Of a DNA stretch of 36,914 nucleotides, positions 27,866 to 35,850 are shown in pieces. The notes below the pieces were generated by a model. The model was not told the DNA's origin, did no database searches, and worked only from the letters and a program-made list of their open reading frames with translations. Source of the DNA: a virus (taxonomy: Duplodnaviria > Caudoviricetes); the IMG/VR virus record IMGVR_UViG_3300025018_000069, positions 1 to 36,914 of that record. One strand, 5' to 3'. Both the position numbers and the translations under genes were made by a program. Positions within the stretch are counted from its first letter, which is position 1; each line of letters starts with the position of its first letter.

Positions 27866-29805
27866 TGCGAAAAGCAATGCCTAAAGGCCAATCACTACCA
27901 GAACGAGAATGGCACTTTGATGGATTCAAACAAGGTAACGATACATTCTCACTAGCAACTGAATTGAGTAAAAATGCCCTCAATAGTATGGTTAACGCCG
28001 AATTATACGGTAGAAAGTCACTCAGACCACGCAGAGGCGGAACTGCACTTGGAGACACCCTAGGAGCAGGTCCAATCGATGGTATGTTCCAATACAGAGA
28101 GGGAGACACCAACGACATAATGGGAGTCTGTCTAGGAGTTCTAAAAAAATACAACGCATCTACAGGGGTCTGGGACACCGTAGGGACACCATTCACATCA
28201 GGAAAAAGAACACGTGCTACAAAGTTGAGAGGTGCCTTGTACTTCGCCAACGGATATGACGACTTCACTAAATACACAGAGTCAGGTGGTGTGGAGACAT
28301 TTACAGCCGTAGCAGCCCCAGAAGACCTCGCTGTAGCAGCACAGGGAACCACAGGAACAGAAAACTATGAATACACCGTTACCACGGTAACCAACAAAGG
28401 ACAGTCACTTCCAGCAACAAATGTATCAATTACAGATGGAAACGAGACTCTAGACGAAACAAACTTCAACAGAGTGACATTCACACGGAGAACAGAAACA
28501 CAGGTAATCGGTTACAACGTGTTTGGTAGAGCAACATCGGGAACAGGTGTAACGCTCATGAAATACATTCCCCAACAATCATCAGGAACAACAATGACAT
28601 TTGACGACGACGGTAGTATTATTCCACAAATATGGCTACCACCTGATGGAGACAGCACAGACGGTGTAAAAGTCAAAATGTGGGAACAGCTAAAAGGCTC
28701 ACTTGTGGGTGCAGGACTCATTGGAGAAGAACACAGACTATTCTTCTCAGGTACAGGTGATAAGTACGAATCATTCAGCCCAGCACATAATGGTGGGTGG
28801 GTAGACGTACGCCCAGGAGACAACGACCTAGGTATCAACGGCTTCTCTCCATTTGAACAAAAAGTCATTGTGGCCAAGCAAAACTCAGTTCACCAGTTCT
28901 ACTTTGACGCAACAAGCGGAGACGCAATCATTCAGGAACTAATCTCATATGTAGGATGTGGTGCTCCAGGAAGCATGATTGTCATGGAAAACGACATCGC
29001 AATGCTGGACTCAGAAAAGAAAATTAGAATTGTAGGTTACGAGCCAAACTTTAACACAGCAATCCGTACAACATCGCTCTCAGAAGGTAGAATACAAAGC
29101 TTACTGGATGAAGCAGACTCAACATATATTTCTAACGCAGAAGCTGTATACCACGAGGGAAGGTACATTCTAGCCCTTACAACACAAGGAAGCACGACAA
29201 ATGACAGAGTGGTCGTCTATGACCGCAGATACCTAGCATTCCTAGGAAAATGGACAGGTAAAAACACCCACGTCCGCTCATGGTTGGTATACGACGGTAT
29301 CGATGGTAAAAAACGCCTTTTTGCAGGCTCTAGTGACGACGACGGCGTAGTATTTGAAGTAGGTGTTGAAGGAGAATTAACAGACCACGACGGCTCTTCA
29401 GTTGAAACATCACTGAGATTCAGAAATGAAGACCTCGGAAACTCAGGACAGGTAAAAATCTGGAAATGGGTGGACATGAGGTTGTTTAGAATTAACGGAA
29501 CAATTAAGCTCAAAACCATTATGGACGGTGTGACTACAATCGACGAAAAAAGCTTCTCAAGCGTTATCAGAACAGGTTGGGGAGTTGTTCAATGGAATAC
29601 CCAAAGATGGGGAACTCAAACAGGAGAACCAGCAAGTGCTAGTGATTTAGACCAAACTCGTAGAAAAGAGATTTATGAGTCAGGAAACTCACTACAGTTT
29701 GAAATTATCAAAACTGACACGCAAACCGATTTTATTCTAGTCAGCTTGCGAGGAGAGGCATTCATACTCCCAACAGAAGTATTTGACTCTGCAATGTATA
29801 TATAA
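27865..29805 (+). CDS. Tail nozzle / stabilisation protein (P22 gp10 / T7 gp12-like)
   Basis: Beta-rich 646 aa; F..G.N..., NAEL...SLRPRRG, LYFANGYD, RLFFSG, VGC.APGS. Confidence 0.75.
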   Translation: MRKAMPKGQSLPEREWHFDGFKQGNDTFSLATELSKNALNSMVNAELYGRKSLRPRRGGTALGDTLGAGPIDGMFQYREGDTNDIMGVCLGVLKKYNASTGVWDTVGTPFTSGKRTRATKLRGALYFANGYDDFTKYTESGGVETFTAVAAPEDLAVAAQGTTGTENYEYTVTTVTNKGQSLPATNVSITDGNETLDETNFNRVTFTRRTETQVIGYNVFGRATSGTGVTLMKYIPQQSSGTTMTFDDDGSIIPQIWLPPDGDSTDGVKVKMWEQLKGSLVGAGLIGEEHRLFFSGTGDKYESFSPAHNGGWVDVRPGDNDLGINGFSPFEQKVIVAKQNSVHQFYFDATSGDAIIQELISYVGCGAPGSMIVMENDIAMLDSEKKIRIVGYEPNFNTAIRTTSLSEGRIQSLLDEADSTYISNAEAVYHEGRYILALTTQGSTTNDRVVVYDRRYLAFLGKWTGKNTHVRSWLVYDGIDGKKRLFAGSSDDDGVVFEVGVEGELTDHDGSSVETSLRFRNEDLGNSGQVKIWKWVDMRLFRINGTIKLKTIMDGVTTIDEKSFSSVIRTGWGVVQWNTQRWGTQTGEPASASDLDQTRRKEIYESGNSLQFEIIKTDTQTDFILVSLRGEAFILPTEVFDSAMYI

Positions 29806-29837
29806 AATGCTTTAGAATAAAATAAGGAAACACAACT

Positions 29838-31007
29838 ATGTCAAGCACAAGAGCCATAAAACCAGAAGACAACCAGGGTGGTACGTTTACACAGCAACTG
29901 ACTGTTGCAGAGGTAACAACTGCATACGTGTCTCCAGTTCCAACAGAAGCTCCAGGATTTATCGTGGCAGAGCCAGGAACGGCAAAAGAAGAAGCTATTT
30001 ATTTCAAATCAAAAGACGCAGGTGCAGGTACAATCTCTGGACTAACACGTGACTTCACCAACCTAAACGGCGGAGTAGGCCAACAACATGAGAATGGAGA
30101 AGACTGGGAAGTCCTACAAAGTGCGTTATATATTCAAAACATTATCGATATTCTACTCTCAGGATTCATCATGGAACAGGCAACTGTGGCAAAGGTGGAC
30201 GCAGACAACTTTACTGTGGTAGGTAACGTAGCATCGATTTACAACGTCGGAAGGCTCATTAGATGCAACGGAAGCTCAAGTTATGTAGCAGCGGTCACCG
30301 CAGTGAGCTATTCATCAGGGACAGGTCTGACAACGGTTACCACGTCAGGAATTACAATCCCAACCCTCACATCCATAGAGTACACAATCCAACCGCTAGG
30401 AACGGCATTCCTGACTGCTTTAAGCCCATCAATTACAACTCCAAAAATAACTACATCAATTAACGACGCAAATGGAAATGAGGTAATTAAAACACCAGCA
30501 ACAGCAAGTGCAGTCAATGAAATAACAGTTACAAACTCAGCAACTGGCGATGCCGTAGAAGTAAGTGCAACTGGTGGAGACACAAACATTGACCTAGATA
30601 TTACTCCAAAAGGAACTGGTGTAATCAAAGGAAAAGTAACTCTTGAATTAACTGTGAAAGCAGCAGACACAGATATGGAAACTGGTGATGCTCAAGCCTG
30701 GTTCAGAGTTCCTAAAGAGTTAGCTGGAATGAATTTAGTTGCAGTAGCTGCTGCTGTTTATACAGCTGGTACTACTGGTACAGCCGACATTCAAGTGAGA
30801 AATCACACAGACACTGCAGACATGCTTAGTACAAAAATAACAATAGATAGTGCTGAGACAGATTCGAGTACAGCAGCAACCCCAGCAGTGATAAACACTG
30901 CAACTGATGACGTGGTTGAAGGTGACATTATTGCAATTGATGTTGATGCTGTTCATACAACTCCAGCACAAGGATGCAAGGTTCAACTAACCTTTGCAAA
31001 ACCATAA
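29838..31007 (+). CDS. Tail fibre / spike protein
   Basis: T/A/V/G-rich; LTSP.ITTP, AVNEITVTNSATG..SATGGDTNIDL.ITPKGTG fibre-like motifs. Confidence 0.75.
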   Translation: MSSTRAIKPEDNQGGTFTQQLTVAEVTTAYVSPVPTEAPGFIVAEPGTAKEEAIYFKSKDAGAGTISGLTRDFTNLNGGVGQQHENGEDWEVLQSALYIQNIIDILLSGFIMEQATVAKVDADNFTVVGNVASIYNVGRLIRCNGSSSYVAAVTAVSYSSGTGLTTVTTSGITIPTLTSIEYTIQPLGTAFLTALSPSITTPKITTSINDANGNEVIKTPATASAVNEITVTNSATGDAVEVSATGGDTNIDLDITPKGTGVIKGKVTLELTVKAADTDMETGDAQAWFRVPKELAGMNLVAVAAAVYTAGTTGTADIQVRNHTDTADMLSTKITIDSAETDSSTAATPAVINTATDDVVEGDIIAIDVDAVHTTPAQGCKVQLTFAKP

Positions 31008-31744
31008 TGGCAGAGCTTAACACATTAGCTTTATTATCAGATGGAAACTTAAAAGGATATTATCGTTTTGAGGGAAATGATAATGATAGTAGTCCAAGTG
31101 GAAATAATGGAACTTTAGAAACATCTATAACATATGGTTTATCTTATGGAATATATACTCAGGGTGCTTTGTTTAACGGTAGTAGCTCACGCATAAATTT
31201 TGGTGCTGACTTAGCAGCATGGAAATTCACTGGTAGTTACACAATAATGGGATGGGTTAGAAAAACATCTGGAGACGGAGTGGCTAAAGCAATTATTTCA
31301 AATCAGTATGATGGTGCTGGTAATGATAGGGGTTGGTCTGTTCAATTAAATACTTCTAATCAACTAATAATAACATTTGGACTAGGAACAACTGGTTGGA
31401 CTGTCTTAACGAGTAGTGGAACAATAACAGTAGATGGTAATTGGCATCACTTTGCAGTTAGAAGAAATGTAAATGCCTATGAGTTTTTTATTGATGGTGT
31501 CAGTGTAGGAACAGCTACCAACTCAACAGCATATTCATATGCGGCAGGAACAAATTCTTGTGTTATTGGAGCAGCTTATGACCCATCATATTCAAAGTTT
31601 TGGGGAGGATATATTGATGATATTGCATTTTTTAACAGGTCTTTAAGTAATTCAGACATATTATTACACTCAGTAAATCCACCAATTTCTGCAGGTGGCA
31701 ATACAATGTTTTTTGGAGGAGCAAGAGGATTTACGTTAGGATAA
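31007..31744 (+). CDS. LamG/concanavalin-A-like lectin domain protein (receptor binding)
   Basis: LKGYYRFEGN..DSS..GNNG, TIMGWV, DGNWHHFA, FFIDG, GYIDDIAFFNRSLS; start at TAATG 31007. Confidence 0.85.
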   Translation: MAELNTLALLSDGNLKGYYRFEGNDNDSSPSGNNGTLETSITYGLSYGIYTQGALFNGSSSRINFGADLAAWKFTGSYTIMGWVRKTSGDGVAKAIISNQYDGAGNDRGWSVQLNTSNQLIITFGLGTTGWTVLTSSGTITVDGNWHHFAVRRNVNAYEFFIDGVSVGTATNSTAYSYAAGTNSCVIGAAYDPSYSKFWGGYIDDIAFFNRSLSNSDILLHSVNPPISAGGNTMFFGGARGFTLG

Positions 31745-31767
31745 AAACATAAAAAGAAAACAATGAA

Positions 31768-32121
31768 ATGTCAGACACAGAATTATCGCAAAAAAACCAG
31801 CAAGCAATAGGAAAACTTGAAAAAGCAGTTGCGGTAACTGACGTGAAATTGGACCGAGTAACACAAGATATCTCAGAGATTAAAAACAACCATTTACTAC
31901 ACATAAACGACCAATTGTTGACTCTAAACCAAACGATTGTAGCAAATCAAACACTAACCACCAGCCTGATAACAAATAAGGTAAACGAAATATACTCAAA
32001 GCTAACAGAGTTAAAAATAAATGACGCCAAAACAGAACCCAACAACAACATTGTGTCCGAGGCCATTAAATACATAATAATCGCAGTAATTGGGGCAGGG
32101 TTAGTATTACTTTTGAAGTAA
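31768..32121 (+). CDS. Coiled-coil protein with C-terminal TM (lysis-module, XhlA/holin-like)
   Basis: IKNNHLLHI motif, heptads, C-terminal YIIIAVIGAGLVLLLK; precedes the endolysin. Confidence 0.6.
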   Translation: MSDTELSQKNQQAIGKLEKAVAVTDVKLDRVTQDISEIKNNHLLHINDQLLTLNQTIVANQTLTTSLITNKVNEIYSKLTELKINDAKTEPNNNIVSEAIKYIIIAVIGAGLVLLLK

Positions 32122-32131
32122 AGGAGCATCT

Positions 32132-33160
32132 ATGCAACAACTATCACAACGTGACTCAAAATGGGCAAACATTCGACTGGGATGGGGAGACAATAACACC
32201 ACCACCATCGGTACGCACGGTTGCACAATCACTGTAATAGCAATGCTTGCAGGATTAACCCCAAAACAGGTAAATGAACGCCTCATAAACGTACGAGGAT
32301 ACGCACAAAGCTCGTCAGGTGTATTCAACCTCATAATCTGGAGTAAAATCCAAGAAGCGATTCCATGGCTACAATTTGAGTGGAGAAACTACACATACAA
32401 CTCAGACGCCGATAACAACAGAGTAAAGCAGGCCATAGACAAAAACGGCATCTGTTTGGTTGAAGTCGATTTTGACGGCACACCAAGAACAGACGACAGA
32501 CACTGGGTAGGATACATCGGAAATCAAAAAATGAACGACCCATGGACAGGTACAGAGCGTCCAACATCAACCTACTCAATAGCGAAAGGATACGCAATTG
32601 TGAACAAAACAGGCCAACCACCAACAGATAGCGATGGAGAATACACCCAAGTAGAATCGTCGTTATTCAGAACAATAGTACACAACTCAACCCTAGCAGA
32701 CGACACAGTAAACTACCTAGGTCTCGCAGAAAAAGCAGACAACGTAGACTTCTCAACAGTTAAAAAGAGCCTAGAAGCCAGAGACGGCAAGCTCACCACA
32801 TGCAAGAATGAGCTCTCTACCAGAGAGGCAGACCTTGCACGAACCCAACAAGAGATTAAAAACCGTGAGGAGCAAGTTGGCAGACTTACCGATACCATTG
32901 ATAGTCAATTAAAAACTCACAAAGACGAAGTCATCGCACTAAATAAGGCCTTAGAAAATACTAAAAAAACAGTAGAAGCACACACAGCAACCATTGAGCA
33001 ACTACAAAGCAAGTTTGCTGAGGAAGCTAAAGCCAAGGGACGAGCATTAAATGACCTAGCAGAGTGCCAAAAGAAGCTTGAGCTAGCCGAAAAAGAGCAG
33101 TTTGGCGACTTAACATTAGGAAGATGGCTCTCACTACTCACAACTGTTAAATGGGGTTAA
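32132..33160 (+). CDS. Putative endolysin: C39-like cysteine peptidase + C-terminal coiled coil
   Basis: SQRDSKW...TIGTHGCTIT (Cys), HWV (His), MNDPW (Asp); about 130-aa coiled coil. Confidence 0.8.
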   Translation: MQQLSQRDSKWANIRLGWGDNNTTTIGTHGCTITVIAMLAGLTPKQVNERLINVRGYAQSSSGVFNLIIWSKIQEAIPWLQFEWRNYTYNSDADNNRVKQAIDKNGICLVEVDFDGTPRTDDRHWVGYIGNQKMNDPWTGTERPTSTYSIAKGYAIVNKTGQPPTDSDGEYTQVESSLFRTIVHNSTLADDTVNYLGLAEKADNVDFSTVKKSLEARDGKLTTCKNELSTREADLARTQQEIKNREEQVGRLTDTIDSQLKTHKDEVIALNKALENTKKTVEAHTATIEQLQSKFAEEAKAKGRALNDLAECQKKLELAEKEQFGDLTLGRWLSLLTTVKWG

Positions 33161-33181
33161 AAGCTGATATTATTATAAGTA

Positions 33182-33520
33182 ATGCAGCAAAAGTACATAA
33201 AAGTTTGCGGAGGTTGCAAGAAGCAGCTGAGAACAGCAAATCAAAGGCAAAGGCGACACATTAAGTGTAAAAAGCCTAAAAGAGTAAGAGTAAATTATTA
33301 CTCTAAACAAGCACTGTCTGTTAGAGGTAGAGACAAACACCAGTGTAGAAAATGTAAAACATATCTTGGTGGTAACGTGATTAGATATGAAGGTCAAGTA
33401 CACCATATCGACGGAAATACAGGAAACAACGACGAAAAAAACCTAATTCTACTATGCACACCATGTCATAGAGAAATACATAAAAAAGGAATTGAGTCGA
33501 TTAAAGAAATATTAAAGTAG
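33182..33520 (+). CDS. HNH endonuclease
   Basis: RDKHQCRKC...VHHIDGNTGNN...NLILLCTPCH. Confidence 0.9.
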   Translation: MQQKYIKVCGGCKKQLRTANQRQRRHIKCKKPKRVRVNYYSKQALSVRGRDKHQCRKCKTYLGGNVIRYEGQVHHIDGNTGNNDEKNLILLCTPCHREIHKKGIESIKEILK

Positions 33521-33532
33521 CGAAAGGAAATC

Positions 33533-33712
33533 ATGAAAATGACAGCAGTCGAACAACAAAAATTCATAAAAAACCTATTTAAGTTTACAGCCCCAATTTT
33601 GGCTATATTCTTCGGACAGCTAGCAATAGGAGTAGACTGGAGAGCAGCCGCATTTGTCGCACTGTACGCACTGTATGCCGCTCTTTCGGACTTCTTCTCG
33701 AAAGTTCAGTAA
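33533..33712 (+). CDS. Putative two-TM holin, 59 aa, Met-Lys-Met dual start; not in the ORF track
   Basis: MKMTAVEQQKFIKNLFKFTAPILAIFFGQLAIGVDWRAAAFVALYALYAALSDFFSKVQ; AAAGGA RBS; lies in the lysis module. Confidence 0.7.
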   Translation: MKMTAVEQQKFIKNLFKFTAPILAIFFGQLAIGVDWRAAAFVALYALYAALSDFFSKVQ

Positions 33713-33715
33713 CCA

Positions 33716-33937
33716 ATGTACAGAGACATCTACGCACTACCATTTGACGGTCTAACAATCGAAGAACAAATCATTCGAACCACATCGGGGAAATTGATTA
33801 AACACTTCAGAGGATTAGAAGACGCAGGATTCATTGATACACCAACAGCGAGTGGATTGATTGGTAGCGTGAAAAAACTTGCAGCAGTCGCATGTGAAGC
33901 CCACTGGGGCGATAAATACCCTCAATCTAAAATCTAG
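33716..33937 (+). CDS. Hypothetical protein
   Basis: Last ORF of the late operon. Confidence 0.65.
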   Translation: MYRDIYALPFDGLTIEEQIIRTTSGKLIKHFRGLEDAGFIDTPTASGLIGSVKKLAAVACEAHWGDKYPQSKI

Positions 33938-33939
33938 GC

Positions 33940-34270
33940 ACGACAACCCAACCCGTTTATTACCCTTCGGGGTTTAACTATATTCCGTCCCCCCTTCCCA
34001 CTTCCCTCGCTTCAGTCCTGGGTACCCGATGATGGTACTCCTCCTAGAATCCTGTCTAGGTCATCGTCCATCGGTACACCCTATCCTTCGCTCAGTTGCT
34101 CGGACTCTGAATTAGGCGAACCTCTCATCAGAATCAGGGTCGTGGTGGGTACTTTGTTAGTTGTTGCACCATTTCTGGTGTGTACCTAGCTCCACGCAGC
34201 CACACTATCCTCAGCTCGAAAGCTGAGTGGGAAGCACATCGTCCTGGACAGACCAAACCACATGCTCCTC
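33940..34270. other. Structured non-coding region (candidate origin or ncRNA)
   Basis: Longest gene-free stretch; loses the A-rich bias; nested stems GTACC/GGTAC, CGATGA/TCATCG, CCTAGA/TCTAGG; CTCAGCT/AGCTGAG; ACCC-TTCG-GGGT; CTTCCCAC/GTGGGAAG long-range pair. Confidence 0.55.
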
Positions 34271-34276
34271 ACTCAA

Positions 34277-34432
34277 TCATCGAACACCAACTAAACTAGC
34301 CCACAGAGTAAAAAAGACAAATAAAATCGCCCCAATCACCACCGCAGCAGAATAGACAAAACGCAAAAAACGCACCCAGGTAACCCTTGTGGAGTTATCC
34401 AGATGCGATTGTTGCGAGTCGATACTAGTCAT
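34277..34432 (-). CDS. Possible 51-aa single-TM peptide
   Basis: MTSIDSQQ...RFLRFVYSAAVVIGAILFVFFTLWASLVGVR downstream of a leftward promoter; caution, the reverse of A/C-rich DNA is often hydrophobic. Confidence 0.4.
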   Translation of the reverse strand: MTSIDSQQSHLDNSTRVTWVRFLRFVYSAAVVIGAILFVFFTLWASLVGVR

Positions 34433-34436
34433 AAAA

Positions 34437-34497
34437 TAAACCCTTTGGAGTGGTGTCGTGCTGCTGGCTGCGGAACAACAACACCCCAAAGGGTTTA
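34437..34497. repeat. Inverted repeat, 12-bp perfect arms
   Basis: TAAACCCTTTGG(34437-48) ... CCAAAGGGTTTA(34486-97), with additional imperfect inner pairing. Confidence 0.85.
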
Positions 34498-34545
34498 GTG
34501 CAGCCATAAACATTTTACTCCGATAGCTTACCTATCAGCAAATAC

Positions 34546-34575
34546 ACAATAACACCAAAAACAGACCCGTGTCAA
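34546..34575 (-). promoter_or_regulatory. Leftward sigma70-type promoter
   Basis: Minus strand TTGACA-18 bp-TATTGT with TG extension. Confidence 0.55.
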
Positions 34576-34594
34576 ATACCAAAATAAACTGCCC

Positions 34595-34626
34595 CTAGAC
34601 AAACTCGATGTTATGTAATTAAATAA
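34595..34626 (+). promoter_or_regulatory. CTAGACA + 16-bp motif TTATGTAATTAAATAA at the start of the early operon
   Basis: Same arrangement as 2526-2559. Confidence 0.65.
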
Positions 34627-34648
34627 GAATACAAGGCAAGTAAACAAT

Positions 34649-34795
34649 ATGAAATGCGACAAAAACCATAACATGACTCTAGAGGAAATACTAATATACA
34701 AAACCACCTCACCTCTAGAGGACGACCAATACAAAACAATGTGGTGGTGCGAAACCTGCCAGGAGGCAAAAAACCTGGAAGAAGGAGACTTATGA
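34649..34795 (+). CDS. 48-aa zinc-binding peptide; not in the ORF track
   Basis: MKCDKNH...WWCETC; ATGA-coupled to the next gene. Confidence 0.65.
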   Translation: MKCDKNHNMTLEEILIYKTTSPLEDDQYKTMWWCETCQEAKNLEEGDL

Positions 34796-34989
34796 AAAAA
34801 GTCAATATCGACACAGGAGCAGTCAAAAAATCGCTCCAAACAGTAGCAAACATGGCTGCAGGAGCAATCCTCCTCACCATACTAGGTGCGACAGTCTGGG
34901 CAACCATCAACTTCGACGTACTGGCCAAAGCAGTCAGATACCCAGAAGCCGTCAGACAAATGGAAGTAGAAGTCCTAATCAAAAAATAG
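34792..34989 (+). CDS. 65-aa single-TM protein
   Basis: AAGGAG RBS before ATG 34792; AAGAILLTILGATVWATI. Confidence 0.7.
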   Translation: MKKVNIDTGAVKKSLQTVANMAAGAILLTILGATVWATINFDVLAKAVRYPEAVRQMEVEVLIKK

Positions 34990-34992
34990 CGA

Positions 34993-35034
34993 TTGACAAG
35001 GCACAGTATACTAAGCTATTATATAATTAAATAA
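34993..35034 (+). promoter_or_regulatory. sigma70-type promoter overlapped by the 16-bp motif
   Basis: TTGACA-18 bp-TATTAT; TTATATAATTAAATAA at 35019-35034. Confidence 0.8.
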
Positions 35035-35046
35035 GAAAAGGAGACT

Positions 35047-35847
35047 ATGGAAAACAAAGCATTATCAGTAGACAACTACCTAAACCCAGAGAGATGGGCT
35101 CAAATGGAGAAGCTGGCCACAAGCCTAGTCCAAAGTAGAGCATTCCCAAAGGCAATACAGAACGCATCTCAAGCACTAGTAGTGATGCAATGCGGAGTCG
35201 AAATGGGACTCAAGCCAATGGAAGCAATCAACGGCCTAAGCATCATAAACGGAGTAGTCAGCCCATGGGGAAAGACCACAGTCAAACTTCTAAGAAACCA
35301 CGGCTGGAAAATAAAGTATGAAGCTACAACCGAGCGAGGTGGCGGAATGACAGCAACAGTCACAAAAGACGACGAAAGCTACACCGACACACTCTACTTT
35401 GACAACGCAGTCAAATCAAAATGGACCCACAGCTACAAGGACGGCAAACAAATCCTAAAAGTAGGCTGGTACGAGGGAGCAAACAGGGAAATGAAGCTCA
35501 GATACGGCGTACTGAGTAAAATAATCAAAACATACATCCCAGAAGTCCTAGGAAGCCTCGGAGACATCGCAGAAGTGGCAGAAGACTACATCATAGTAGA
35601 AGAACCAACCGACACCAATGTCGGGACCAAAAACAACGTAGTAGTCGAACAGACCAAAGAACAGCAGAAATCTACACTAGCCGATTTCCTCGAAAAAAAC
35701 AAAAACAATCCAAAAAAGGTTGAAAAACCTTCAAAAACAGTAGAAAAAGAAGCAAAACCTGCTGAAAAAGAGCCAGAAACAGTCAAAAACGAGGAAAAAA
35801 CGCCCGACAAGGCAAACGCCCAAGAAGCAGAAATAGTAAAGGAATAA
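35047..35847 (+). CDS. RecT/Redbeta-like single-strand annealing protein
   Basis: LA..L..S...PK......AL.....G.EMGLKPMEAINGLSIING..SPWG...ML pattern of RecT-like SSAPs; disordered K/E tail; adjacent to a nuclease. Confidence 0.7.
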   Translation: MENKALSVDNYLNPERWAQMEKLATSLVQSRAFPKAIQNASQALVVMQCGVEMGLKPMEAINGLSIINGVVSPWGKTTVKLLRNHGWKIKYEATTERGGGMTATVTKDDESYTDTLYFDNAVKSKWTHSYKDGKQILKVGWYEGANREMKLRYGVLSKIIKTYIPEVLGSLGDIAEVAEDYIIVEEPTDTNVGTKNNVVVEQTKEQQKSTLADFLEKNKNNPKKVEKPSKTVEKEAKPAEKEPETVKNEEKTPDKANAQEAEIVKE

Positions 35848-35850
35848 CAC

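Noticed and set aside
29838-31744. Diversity-generating retroelement acting on tail genes
   Set aside because: No reverse transcriptase and no template/variable repeat pair noticed
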